A stretch of DNA of 61,307 bases from Candidatus Aminicenantes bacterium RBG_19FT_COMBO_65_30. GTDB taxonomy: Bacteria > Acidobacteriota > Aminicenantia > Aminicenantales > Saccharicenantaceae. The position numbers and the translations under genes are program-made. The notes beneath the pieces are model-generated. The model worked only from the letters and a program-made list of their open reading frames with translations, was not told the DNA's origin and searched no databases. The DNA lies in the NCBI GenBank assembly GCA_001775755.1, contig MEYF01000076.1, forward strand, positions 1 through 61,307. Direction: 5' to 3'. Of the stretch, positions 9,290 to 20,135 are shown piece by piece (positions within the stretch are counted from its first letter, which is position 1; each line of letters starts with the position of its first letter).

Positions 9290-10128
9290 TTGAGGTATCC
9301 TCTGAGGTGCTGGAGCTTATGCGACCGGCTGAGCTTGCGCATGGCTTTCTGCTCGATCTGGCGTATCCTCTCCCGGGTCAGCTTCAGCTGGCCGCCGATC
9401 TCCTGAAGGGTCCGCGGCCGGTCGTCGTCCAGCCCGAACCTTAATTTTAGCACAAGGGCCTCTTTTTCATCCAGTTCCCCCAGAATTTCCCGGATCTGCT
9501 GCTGGACGGAGGCCTTGATGATCTGGTATTCGACCGAGGGCGACGCGGCGTCGCTTATCCGGTCCTCGACCTCATGGTCGTCGTCGTTGATCTTGTCGCT
9601 CAGCGACAGATTCCGCTCGCCGAGGACCTCGAGGTCCTCGACGTCGGTCTCCGAGATCCCCATGGACTTGCTGACTTCCTCCCGAGTGGGTTCCCGGCCG
9701 AGCTCGGCTTTGAGCTCCGCCGTCTTCTTCTTCATCTGGGAGATCTGGTCGGCCAGCTTCTGGGGGATGTTGTAGATACGCGAATAGAGCGTCAGGGCGT
9801 GGACGATCGCCTGGCGGATCCACCAGACGGCGTAGGAGACGAAGCGGACGCCACGGGATGGATCGTATCGCTTGGCCGCCTCGATCAGCCCGATGTTGCC
9901 CTCGTCGATGAGGTCGAGGAGGCCCAGGCCCATGCCCCGGTATTTCTTGACGTAGGAGACGACGAACTTGAGGTTGGCCTTGATGAGGGTCTGCAGGGCC
10001 TCCTTGTCGCCCTGGCGGATCTTCTCGCCGATCTTCTTCTCCTCCTCCTCGGTGAGGGCCGGGAACTTGGCGATCGCCTCGAGGTAGTGCTTGAGGTTCC
10101 TGGAATCGAAGAAGTCCCGCGAAGCCAT
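9286..10128 (-). CDS. sigma-70 family RNA polymerase sigma factor (RpoD/RpoS-like, lacks region 1.1)
   Basis: 280 aa. Region 2 reads LDLIDEGNIGLIEAAKRYDPSRGVRFVSYAVWWIRQAI. The region 4 HTH reads TLQEIGGQLKLTRERIRQIEQKAMRKL. The C-terminal tail LRGYLN resembles primary-like sigma factors. Confidence 0.9.
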   Translation of the reverse strand: MASRDFFDSRNLKHYLEAIAKFPALTEEEEKKIGEKIRQGDKEALQTLIKANLKFVVSYVKKYRGMGLGLLDLIDEGNIGLIEAAKRYDPSRGVRFVSYAVWWIRQAIVHALTLYSRIYNIPQKLADQISQMKKKTAELKAELGREPTREEVSKSMGISETDVEDLEVLGERNLSLSDKINDDDHEVEDRISDAASPSVEYQIIKASVQQQIREILGELDEKEALVLKLRFGLDDDRPRTLQEIGGQLKLTRERIRQIEQKAMRKLSRSHKLQHLRGYLN

Positions 10129-10131
10129 GCC

Positions 10132-10548
10132 TCACTCGTCTCGGTTCTTGACCTTGACGACGCCGCCGGGCCGGACGCTGACCAGGGCTCTCTTTCGGGC
10201 CTCGAACTCGTCTTCCTTGCCTCGGAAGAACTCGCGGCGGACGTAGTCGAGGAACTGGTTGACTTCGGCCTCGATCCGCTCGATCTTGGCCCTCATGTTG
10301 AGCACGACCTCGACGCCGGCCAGGTTCACGCCGAGGTCCCGGATGAGGTTGAGAATGAGTTCCAGCCGCTTGAGGTCCTCGGCCGAATAGAGCCGCGTGT
10401 TGCCCTCGCTCCGGGAGGGCGCGAGCAGGCCTTCTCTCTCGTAGAGACGGAGGGTTTGCGGGTGGATGGTGTACATCTTGGCGACGCTGGATATATGGTA
10501 ATACTGGCTGGGCCCTTTTTTCGCATCCTTGCGCGCTTTCGTCTTCAT
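10132..10548 (-). CDS. hspR: MerR-family heat-shock transcriptional repressor HspR
   Basis: 138 aa with the MerR HTH YHISSVAKMYTIHPQTLRLYEREGLL. It lies directly after dnaJ, as in dnaK-dnaJ-hspR operons. Confidence 0.85.
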   Translation of the reverse strand: MKTKARKDAKKGPSQYYHISSVAKMYTIHPQTLRLYEREGLLAPSRSEGNTRLYSAEDLKRLELILNLIRDLGVNLAGVEVVLNMRAKIERIEAEVNQFLDYVRREFFRGKEDEFEARKRALVSVRPGGVVKVKNRDE

Positions 10549-10549
10549 G

Positions 10550-11668
10550 TCAATTCATCCCTGTCGTTGCCCTCGGGTTCGGGCCCGATATCTTTTCCAG
10601 CTCCTTCATCATCTCCCTGATCCGCTCGTTGTCGAAGGGGGGCGGGACGATGTACACTTCGGCGTATTCGTCGCCGCGGCCCTTTCTGCCCGCCACGGTC
10701 GCGCCCTGCTCCTTGATCCGGAACTTTTGGCCCGATCTCGTCCCGGGCGGGATGCGGATGGTCGTCTTGCCCCAGAGGGTCGGCACTTCGATCTTGGCCC
10801 CCAGCGTCGCCTCGGGAACCGAGATCGGCACTCTGATCGAGATATTGGCCCCTTCCCGCCGGAAGAACGCGTGCGGCGCGACCTCGATGACGATGTAGAG
10901 GTCACCCGGAGGACCGCCGTTGCGGCCGGCGTTGCCTCGCCCGGGGACGCGGACCTTGGAGCCGTTGTCGACGCCGGCGGGGATGCGGACGGAGATCAGG
11001 TCGGATTTTTGGACCGCGCCCTGTCCGCCGCAGGCCCGGCACGGATCGCCGGGGGCCTGTCCTGTCCCGCCGCAGGCCGGACACGCGCCCGAGAATTTCA
11101 TGAAGCCGCGTTGGACGGCGCCCCGGCCGCTGCCGCCGCAGGCCGGACACGACCGTTTCCGGCCGCCGGAGACGTGTCCGTGCCCGCGGCAGGCCTCGCA
11201 GGCGGCCAGCCGGTTGACCCGGATGCGGGCCTGGACGCCGTGGATGGCGTCCTCGAAGCCGACCTGCATCGTGTAATGGAGGTCTTCCCCGCGGCCCGGC
11301 CCGCCGGCCGGCGGCTCGGCCCCCCGGACCACGCCCCCGCCGAAGAGGTTCTCGAAAAAATCCCGGAAGGTCGACGATCCATAGTCGGAAAAATCGAAGC
11401 CCTCGAAGCCCGGAGCCCCGGGCCCGCCAGGACCTGCGCCCGGGGGCACGCCGCCCGTATCGCCGAACTGGTCGTATTGGGCGCGCTTCTTCGGATCGCT
11501 GAGGACCGCGTAAGCGCCCTGGATCTCCTTGAACCGGGCCTCCGCTGTCTTGTCCCCGGGGTTGAGGTCGGGATGGAACTTGCGGGCGAGCCTCCGGTAG
11601 GCCTTCTTGATGTCGGCAAGGGCCGCGCCCCTGGCCACGCCCAGGATCTGATAATAGTCTTTCGCCAT
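10550..11668 (-). CDS. dnaJ: molecular chaperone DnaJ
   Basis: J domain ([11 protein letters not shown]...[10 protein letters not shown]), a G-rich linker and four CxxCxGxG zinc-finger repeats. Start taken at ATG 11668 with GAGGTG upstream; the listed ORF begins 14 codons earlier. Confidence 0.93.
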   Translation of the reverse strand: MAKDYYQILGVARGAALADIKKAYRRLARKFHPDLNPGDKTAEARFKEIQGAYAVLSDPKKRAQYDQFGDTGGVPPGAGPGGPGAPGFEGFDFSDYGSSTFRDFFENLFGGGVVRGAEPPAGGPGRGEDLHYTMQVGFEDAIHGVQARIRVNRLAACEACRGHGHVSGGRKRSCPACGGSGRGAVQRGFMKFSGACPACGGTGQAPGDPCRACGGQGAVQKSDLISVRIPAGVDNGSKVRVPGRGNAGRNGGPPGDLYIVIEVAPHAFFRREGANISIRVPISVPEATLGAKIEVPTLWGKTTIRIPPGTRSGQKFRIKEQGATVAGRKGRGDEYAEVYIVPPPFDNERIREMMKELEKISGPNPRATTGMN

Positions 11669-11735
11669 CACCGCACCTCGGACAGTCTCCGGACCCTTCC
11701 CGGGTCCCAATGTATCCCGTCAGAGGCCGCCGGGC

Positions 11736-13697
<1,962 letters not shown>

Positions 13698-13734
13698 TAC
13701 AGTCCTCCTGAGTAAGTCTATTTAGTGAGTGTAT

Positions 13735-13763
13735 ATTATAAAATCTTAGCGTATAATTGTCAA
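13735..13763 (-). promoter_or_regulatory. consensus sigma-70 promoter of the dnaK operon
   Basis: The minus strand reads TTGACA - 17 nt - TATAAT, both hexamers perfect, inside an AT-rich island about 35 nt upstream of the dnaK ATG. Confidence 0.7.
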
Positions 13764-13818
13764 TTTATTATTTACAAATATCCCCGCTATTTTCTAAATC
13801 GTTTATTTTCAGGCGATT

Positions 13819-14508
13819 CTAAAGGACAATGCCCTTGATGCCGTCGAAAAAGTGCCAATAGATGGATTGGGCATCCTTGTCGTTGTCAAAGGTCAGCTCA
13901 AGCTCGGAGAGCCCCTTTCCCTCTCGCGACCCGAAGAGATTCCGCAGCGGAAGATCGACGTACCATCGCCACGCGTCCCACATCGATCCGACCAACCCTC
14001 GCGAGCCGGCGTTCTTTGTTTTGACGGTGACGTGGAGCCCGTTGTCGAAATCGAGGCTGAACCGCTTCGGCATGTCCTTGAGCTCCAGGGCCTCCAGGTC
14101 GAACTCCACTGAGCTCAACGGCGCCGCGCTCGCCGCCTCTGGTTTGGCCGCGGGGACCTGGGCCGGCTGGGCCTTTTCCTCGTCTCCGGGCTTGATGACG
14201 ATCCGCTCCGGCGCTTTGAGCGTCGACTTCCGGACGAGCTCGACCGTTCCCGCGAATTCCGGCCTGCCCCAGAACCGCATCGCCTGGAGCGGCCAGGACC
14301 TGAGGACCATCCCCCTGACCCGCAGCTCGAGCTTCCGGCCGGGGGCATCGAGGACGAAATAAAAATTCGACTCCTTGGCCAGGCTGTATTCGGAGTTGAG
14401 CGAGTTCTGCTTTCTGGCCAGGGCCGCCTTGTCCGGCACGACCGCCGCCCCGGCGCAGAGGAACCCGGCCGCCATCAGGGCTGCCAGCGTTGCCGTTTTT
14501 TTCATCAC
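13819..14508 (-). CDS. hypothetical secreted protein
   Basis: Signal peptide MMKKTATLAALMAAGFLCAGAAV. There is no cysteine after the signal peptide and no recognisable catalytic motif. It is the last gene of the lipoprotein / L,D-transpeptidase cluster. Confidence 0.6.
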   Translation of the reverse strand: MMKKTATLAALMAAGFLCAGAAVVPDKAALARKQNSLNSEYSLAKESNFYFVLDAPGRKLELRVRGMVLRSWPLQAMRFWGRPEFAGTVELVRKSTLKAPERIVIKPGDEEKAQPAQVPAAKPEAASAAPLSSVEFDLEALELKDMPKRFSLDFDNGLHVTVKTKNAGSRGLVGSMWDAWRWYVDLPLRNLFGSREGKGLSELELTFDNDKDAQSIYWHFFDGIKGIVL

Positions 14509-14518
14509 TTCCGCTTCA

Positions 14519-15169
14519 TCAATAGATGTAGATTTTCGCGCCCAGCGGGACGGCTTTGAAAACGGCTTTGAGGTCCTCGTCCCCGACCCGGACGCAGCCG
14601 TGGGTGACGTTTCTTCCGAGGAGTCGCGTGTAGAGCGTGCCGTGGATGAAGTAGCCCTCCCCGAAGCCCAGGGCGTAGTCGCCGAGCGTCCCCGATTCGA
14701 TCCTGTCCTCCAGCCCCTTGGGAATGGCCTCTCCTTCCTCGATAAAGGCCCAGTCCGGCTTGACCCAGTAGGGATTGGTGATCTTGGACTTGACGCTGAA
14801 CTCGCCGCGCGGCGTGTCGAAGACCCAGCTCCGCTTCTTGCCGCCCGGCTCCTCGAGGACCACCCCGCTGCCGCAGGATACGACGGCCGTGTGGACGACC
14901 TGGTTCCCGTTCTTGACGTAGAGCCTGTTCTCGGCCGTGTCGATGACGATGTACTGGCCCTTCGGCAGGAGGCCGCTCATTCTCTTTTCCAGCTGCTGGA
15001 CGTTTCTCTCGACCTTGGGCAGGTCCTTGTCGGCGATCGCCTGTCCCTGGTCTTTCGCCGGCCGGGAGGAGGCCTGCTTCAGGCCGATGAAATAGGCCGC
15101 TCCGACGACGGACAGGAATCCCAAGTAGATGAGGGCCGCCGCGGCGATGAGGAGGCGCTTGACCATCAT
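14519..15169 (-). CDS. L,D-transpeptidase (YkuD domain)
   Basis: Catalytic motif FIHGT...NVTHGCVRV. Start taken at the internal ATG 15169 (MMVKRLLIAAAALIYLGFL, a membrane anchor), one nt after the upstream gene's stop. Confidence 0.88.
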   Translation of the reverse strand: MMVKRLLIAAAALIYLGFLSVVGAAYFIGLKQASSRPAKDQGQAIADKDLPKVERNVQQLEKRMSGLLPKGQYIVIDTAENRLYVKNGNQVVHTAVVSCGSGVVLEEPGGKKRSWVFDTPRGEFSVKSKITNPYWVKPDWAFIEEGEAIPKGLEDRIESGTLGDYALGFGEGYFIHGTLYTRLLGRNVTHGCVRVGDEDLKAVFKAVPLGAKIYIY

Positions 15170-15170
15170 G

Positions 15171-16259
15171 CTAGTCGTCCTTGATCGTTTTGAGGACGTA
15201 ATTCTCGAGCTCCATCGTCCCGATGATCGTGACCGGGGTCCCGACCGTAACGAGAGCGTAGAGCTCGTCCATCTTATCGTTGTCGAGGGACACACAGCCA
15301 CGGGTCAGGCTGTCCTGACCTCCGCCGTGGATCTCGATGTCCCCCCCGATGCCGACGGACCGGGGGATGTTGCCCTTGGCCCTTTCCCGGGCGAACCATC
15401 TCCTGTCCTCGTCGTTGGGATAGTTGATGAGCAGGGCCTTATGGTACAGGCTGGAGGGGATCTTCCGGACGATGGCGTACCGGCCCTCGGGGGTGGCGTT
15501 GTCGCCGGCGTAGCGCTTGTCGGCCAGGCCGTTGAACCCTAGGCCGATATCGTAGGTCCTGAAGAGGTTGCCGTTCTTGTAGACCGCGAGGCGGCGTTCG
15601 AGCTTGCTGACGATGAGGGCCGTCCCGCCTCGTTTCTTCGAGTCGGCGATGGTCTCCTCGGCCGCCTGCTTCCAGGTCCTGATCTGGCCCGGATCAAGGT
15701 AGCGGGAGATGTGGGAGACGATCGCCCGTTCGGCTTCGGCGGCCAGACCGGAAGCCGTGTCGAGCTTCGCGGCGGCTTCCTCGAACCTGGCCTGCTCGAC
15801 CAGGTTATCCGCTTCGGCGAGGACGAGCGAGGCCCGGGTCAGCCGCTTCCTGGCCTCCCCCCGTTCAACGAGCGAGAGGGTCAGGCCGTCGAGCGTCCGC
15901 AACCGCCTGCGGACGAAGGCGGCCGATTCGGCGAGCGACAAGGCCTTCCGGGAGACGAGGGATTGGACCGTCGATCTCAGGGTTTTCCCGGCGCTCAGGA
16001 CGGCCGCGAATTCCCGCCGGACCCGGCCGTAGTCTCGGAACCAGCCCAGCTTGAGGTTCTCCCGTTCGAGCGCCCGCCGGGCGGATTTCAGGGTATGGAG
16101 GTAGGCCGTGTGCTCTTGGCCGGCGAAAAGAGAAGCACCGGCCCTGCGGAGGTCCTGTTCCTGAAGGTCGGCTTCAAGAACCTCCGGAGGGACCGGCGCG
16201 GTTCGACAACCGAAAAGCAAAACAGCCAGGACGAATACGGCTGTTTTACGAAAACTCAA
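15171..16259 (-). CDS. L,D-transpeptidase-family lipoprotein with a long helical N-terminal domain
   Basis: Lipobox LLFGC. About 200 aa of helical sequence precede a YkuD-like C-terminal domain (IEIHGGGQDSLTRGCVSL). TTG start. Confidence 0.8.
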   Translation of the reverse strand: MSFRKTAVFVLAVLLFGCRTAPVPPEVLEADLQEQDLRRAGASLFAGQEHTAYLHTLKSARRALERENLKLGWFRDYGRVRREFAAVLSAGKTLRSTVQSLVSRKALSLAESAAFVRRRLRTLDGLTLSLVERGEARKRLTRASLVLAEADNLVEQARFEEAAAKLDTASGLAAEAERAIVSHISRYLDPGQIRTWKQAAEETIADSKKRGGTALIVSKLERRLAVYKNGNLFRTYDIGLGFNGLADKRYAGDNATPEGRYAIVRKIPSSLYHKALLINYPNDEDRRWFARERAKGNIPRSVGIGGDIEIHGGGQDSLTRGCVSLDNDKMDELYALVTVGTPVTIIGTMELENYVLKTIKDD

Positions 16260-16270
16260 GGGACAGCGAC

Positions 16271-16864
16271 TTACCTTCCCTTGACCTTGGCGATGGCGGC
16301 GTTGATCTGTTCGATGATCGCGGCGGCCTTTTCCTTGATGACCATGGCCTTGTCCCTGGCGCCGAAGTAGTCCTCGGCGGCCACGGCGGCGTCGACGTCG
16401 GCCATCGCGGTCTCGAGACCGGCGAGGTCGGCCTTCATGGCCTCGATGTCGGCCTTGGTGCCCTTGCCCTTAGGGGCCTTTTCGAGGAGGGCCTTGGCTT
16501 CTTCAAGAGCGGTCTTGGCTTCGCTGATCGCGTTCTCGGCGGCGGCCTTGGCATCGGCGATCCGTCCGGGGATGAGGGCCTTGACGGCGTCGGCATCGGC
16601 GACGAGCTTGGTCAGCATGTCCTTGGCCGGTCCGTACTTCTTGAAGAATTTCTTGGACTGGGCCGTGATGGCGTCCATGGCGGCCTGCAGGTCGGCGTTG
16701 AGCTTATTCAGCTCGTCGTTCGCGTAAACGCTGCCCTTGGCGTCGACGACTCCCTGGATGGCGGCCTTGGCGGCATCCATCAGCTGGGTGGGTTGCTTGG
16801 CGCAGCTCGTGAACGCGAACACGACGATGAGCGCCAACGCTAAGCCTTTCACGATGTTCTTCAT
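16271..16864 (-). CDS. Ala/Lys/Glu-rich helical lipoprotein, function unknown
   Basis: Signal peptide plus lipobox (LIVVFAFTSC). The mature part is low-complexity and helical (AKAAAENAISEAKTALEEAKALLEKA...). Strong RBS AAGGAGG. Confidence 0.8.
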   Translation of the reverse strand: MKNIVKGLALALIVVFAFTSCAKQPTQLMDAAKAAIQGVVDAKGSVYANDELNKLNADLQAAMDAITAQSKKFFKKYGPAKDMLTKLVADADAVKALIPGRIADAKAAAENAISEAKTALEEAKALLEKAPKGKGTKADIEAMKADLAGLETAMADVDAAVAAEDYFGARDKAMVIKEKAAAIIEQINAAIAKVKGR

Positions 16865-17026
16865 GACTTTACCTCCTTTTGGTATTTTTGTATGAATTCC
16901 GTGAGATAGGCGCGGTGCTTAGGGGGGATGGGGAAACTCTAGAAAGGAGCCTTCGCTCTTTTCCTCCATTGATGTGTCACACTCTTCATTTGGCCAGGCG
17001 ATCTTCAGATCCCCGACTTGCCTAAT

Positions 17027-17056
17027 CTTATACCACAACCGGGAATCCATTGTCAA
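17027..17056 (-). promoter_or_regulatory. candidate sigma-70 promoter for the lipoprotein / L,D-transpeptidase operon
   Basis: The minus strand reads TTGACA - 18 nt - TATAAG, with TG one nt upstream of the -10. It would give a 5' UTR of about 155 nt. Confidence 0.5.
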
Positions 17057-17065
17057 CTCGTGAAC

Positions 17066-17099
17066 GGAAAAGAAGAGGACAGCCCGCGTTCCCCTCTTC
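17066..17099 (-). terminator. rho-independent terminator after the malic enzyme gene
   Basis: The minus strand reads GAAGAGG-(14 nt)-CCTCTTC followed by TTTTCC, about 40 nt after the stop at 17136. Confidence 0.55.
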
Positions 17100-17135
17100 G
17101 TTCCCGTGCTCTTAATCTTCTCTCGGGGCCCGGCC

Positions 17136-18485
17136 TCACTTGTCCGGATCGATGATGATGCCTTCCTTCATTTTCCGCTGGACCTCGTCGCGGGCGGCCC
17201 GGATGGATTCCGTGGCCATCTTAAAGCGCTCTTCGGCCGGAAAATTGAAGCGGGCCACGCCCTGTTCGATCGCCTTCGATCCAACGGCTACGGCCTCGCG
17301 CGGGAAGACCTCCCATTCGTCCATGTTGGGGATGATATATTCCTCATGGATGCCCTTGTCCTCGGCGACCTTGGCCAGCTCGCGAGCCGCGGCGATGCAC
17401 ATCTCGTCCGTGATGGTCTTGGCCCTGACGTCGAGCGCGCCCCGGAAGATGCCGGGGAAACCCAGGGAGTTATTGACCTGGTTGGGGAAGTCGGACCGGC
17501 CCGTGGCGACGACGCGGGCGCCGGCTTCCTTCGCCTCCCACGGCCAGATCTCGGGCACGGGATTGGCCTCGGCGAAAACGATGGCGTCGCGGGCCATGGT
17601 CTTGATCAATTCGGGCTTGACGGTGCCGGGGCCGGGCGTCGAACAGCAGATGAGGACGTCGGCGCCCTTGATGGCGTCGGCCATGGTGCCCTGCTTGCCC
17701 GTGGGGTTGGTCCGCAGGCAGAGGTCCCATTTCTCTTTGAACTTCGTCTGCAGGGTTTCCTTGTCGGCGCGATCGCGCGACAGGATGCCCTTGGAGTCGA
17801 CCGAGAGCATGTTCTTCGGGTCGGCGCCCGCGGCCATGGTCATTTTGGCTATGTTGATGCCCGACGCGCCGGAGCCGACGACCGTGATCTTGGCCTCGCC
17901 GATGTCCTTCTTGACGATCTTGAGGGCGTTGATCAGCCCGGCCACCGTGACGCAGGCCGTCCCCTGCTGGTCGTCATGCCAGACGGGGATCTCGCATTGC
18001 TCGCGGAGCGTGTCGAGGATCTTGAAGCACTTCGGTTGGGAGATGTCCTCGAGGTTGAAGCCGCCGAAGGACGGCTGGAGAGCCCGGCAGATGTCGATGA
18101 GCCTGTCGGGGTCCTTCTCGTCCAGGCAAATCGGGAAGGCATCGACCCCGCCGAGGTACTTGTAGAGGATCCCCTTGCCTTCCATGACCGGCAAGCCGGC
18201 CTCGGGCCCGATGTCGCCCAAACCAAGCACCCGCGTCCCGTCGCTGATGACGGCCACGCTGTTCCATTTGTTCGTGTACTCATAGACCTTTTGCTTGTCG
18301 GCAGCGATCTCCTTGCAGACCGCCGCGACCCCGGGAGTGTACCAGATCGCGAAATCGTTGAAGTCCCGAACGCGGCACTTCAGGGCGACGCCCAACTTGC
18401 CCTTGTAGAACTTGTGGAGCCTCGGGGCGTCCAGGGAAGGCTGCTGGGCTTTGGCCAACAGTTCTTCGACGGTGACTTTCTTCAT
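17136..18485 (-). CDS. NAD(P)-dependent malic enzyme (short form, no PTA domain)
   Basis: 449 aa. The malic-enzyme N-terminal domain shows [10 protein letters not shown]. The NAD(P)-binding motif is [13 protein letters not shown]. Confidence 0.92.
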   Translation of the reverse strand: MKKVTVEELLAKAQQPSLDAPRLHKFYKGKLGVALKCRVRDFNDFAIWYTPGVAAVCKEIAADKQKVYEYTNKWNSVAVISDGTRVLGLGDIGPEAGLPVMEGKGILYKYLGGVDAFPICLDEKDPDRLIDICRALQPSFGGFNLEDISQPKCFKILDTLREQCEIPVWHDDQQGTACVTVAGLINALKIVKKDIGEAKITVVGSGASGINIAKMTMAAGADPKNMLSVDSKGILSRDRADKETLQTKFKEKWDLCLRTNPTGKQGTMADAIKGADVLICCSTPGPGTVKPELIKTMARDAIVFAEANPVPEIWPWEAKEAGARVVATGRSDFPNQVNNSLGFPGIFRGALDVRAKTITDEMCIAAARELAKVAEDKGIHEEYIIPNMDEWEVFPREAVAVGSKAIEQGVARFNFPAEERFKMATESIRAARDEVQRKMKEGIIIDPDK

Positions 18486-18515
18486 TCAATGACCTCCTGA
18501 AAATTACGAAGAATT

Positions 18516-18544
18516 ATCATAGAGATGGGAGTTGGAAAAGTCAA
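18516..18544 (-). promoter_or_regulatory. candidate sigma-70 promoter for the malic enzyme gene
   Basis: The minus strand reads TTGACT - 17 nt - TATGAT. It is followed by the AGGAGG RBS and the ATG at 18485. Confidence 0.55.
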
Positions 18545-18568
18545 TCGTTTACCCGCCGGAGGAAGGGA

Positions 18569-19036
18569 TCATCGCTTGTCCAGGGAGATCTCGAGACCAG
18601 CCCGGGTCGAGGCGGCCAGCCTGATCTCGCCCGTGTCCATGCGGATGGCGTCGACCGGGCAGGCCTCGACGCAGAAACCGCAGAAACAGCAGCGGTTGAG
18701 GTCGACGACGAACCGGGCCGGGGTTTTCTGGATCTCGGGGTCGTCGTCCTCGGCGGCCTCGACCGAGAGGCATTCCGAGGGACAGACCGTCACGCAGAGC
18801 ATGCAGGCGACACAACTGGGCTTGCCGTCCTCGCGGGCGCGGAGCCGGTGGAGGCTGCGGTGGCGCGGCGAGAGCGCCTTGCGCTCCTCGGGATACTGGA
18901 TGGTCACCGCTCCCCTTCTCTTCGCCCGAATGCCGAAGAGCTTCAGGGTGTGGAAGGTCATGTTGGCGAAGAAGTGGCGTCCGGTGATCGCCGCCCCTCT
19001 CAGGAGTTCCCTCAGAACGAGCCAGCCTTTAAGCAT
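18569..19036 (-). CDS. nuoI: NADH-quinone oxidoreductase subunit I
   Basis: Two 4Fe-4S ferredoxin motifs (CVACMLCVTVCP and CCFCGFCVEACP). 155 aa. Confidence 0.93.
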   Translation of the reverse strand: MLKGWLVLRELLRGAAITGRHFFANMTFHTLKLFGIRAKRRGAVTIQYPEERKALSPRHRSLHRLRAREDGKPSCVACMLCVTVCPSECLSVEAAEDDDPEIQKTPARFVVDLNRCCFCGFCVEACPVDAIRMDTGEIRLAASTRAGLEISLDKR

Positions 19037-19043
19037 AGTTTTC

Positions 19044-20135
19044 CTAACGCGCCGCCAGGATGAATCCGGTGGCCAGGATGTTGACGACGCCCAGGGGGAC
19101 GAGGACCTTCCAGCCGAAGTCCATGAGCTGGTCGTAGCGGAAGCGCGGGTACGTCCAGCGCGTGAGGACCTGCAGCCAGCAGAAGAAAAACACCTTGATA
19201 TTAAAAGCCAAGACCTGGAGCACGGTCACGGCCCAGGGCGCGACCTTCAGGCTGCCGCCCCACGGGAAGACGAACCCGCCGGCGCCGAGCCAGGGAACCT
19301 GCCAGCCGCCGAAGAAGAGCGTTGTGGCCAGGGCCGAGAGGACGATGACCTCGAGGAAGTCGGTGAACATGAACAGGCCGAACTTGAGCCCGCCGTATTC
19401 GGTGTAGAAACCGATGATCTCCGATTCCCCCTCCGGCATGTCAAAGGGCACGCGTTTCGTCTCGGCCATGCCGGCCAGGAAAAAGACGGCGAAGCCGAGA
19501 GGCTGGAGGAAGACGCCCCACTTGGGCAGGAAGCCGAAGACAAGGCCGCCCTGGAACTCGACGATGCCCGACAGCCGGAGCGTGGGGAAGACCATGATCA
19601 AGCCGACCAGGGACAGGCCCAGCGCGACTTCATAAGATATGAGTTGGGCCGCGCCGCGGAGGCTGCCGATCAGCGCGAACCGGTTCGAAGAGGCCCAGCC
19701 GCTGACGAGGATGCCGTAGATGCCGAGGCTGAGCATGGCCAGCACGAAGAGGAGGGCCGCGTTGAGGTCGACGACCTGGAGGGGGATCGTCCGGCCGAAG
19801 AGATGGATCGCGTCCCCGAATGGGACGGCGACCATGGTCACGGCCACGAAGAAGAAGGACAGCGTCGGGGCCAGCCAATGGAGGGCGCGCTGGGAGAAGG
19901 TCGGGGCGAAGTCCTCCTTGAAGAGCATCTTGATGGCGTCGGCGAAAGGCTGGAAGAGCCCGAACAGCCTCAGGCCGAAGACGGACGCCCGGTTGGCCCC
20001 GATGCGGTCCTGCATGACCGCGCTCTCCTTCCGCTCGACCCAGGTCAGGAAGAGGGCCAGGAGGAGCGTCCAGGTCAGAGTGAGGACGACCTTGACCAGG
20101 ATGATGAGGACGTCAGCGAACATCATGTTCTCCAA
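19044..20135 (-). CDS. nuoH: NADH-quinone oxidoreductase subunit H
   Basis: 363-aa polytopic protein with NuoH/ND1 motifs (RIGANRA, AETKRVPFD, GESEI..G..TEY). Confidence 0.95.
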   Translation of the reverse strand: MENMMFADVLIILVKVVLTLTWTLLLALFLTWVERKESAVMQDRIGANRASVFGLRLFGLFQPFADAIKMLFKEDFAPTFSQRALHWLAPTLSFFFVAVTMVAVPFGDAIHLFGRTIPLQVVDLNAALLFVLAMLSLGIYGILVSGWASSNRFALIGSLRGAAQLISYEVALGLSLVGLIMVFPTLRLSGIVEFQGGLVFGFLPKWGVFLQPLGFAVFFLAGMAETKRVPFDMPEGESEIIGFYTEYGGLKFGLFMFTDFLEVIVLSALATTLFFGGWQVPWLGAGGFVFPWGGSLKVAPWAVTVLQVLAFNIKVFFFCWLQVLTRWTYPRFRYDQLMDFGWKVLVPLGVVNILATGFILAAR

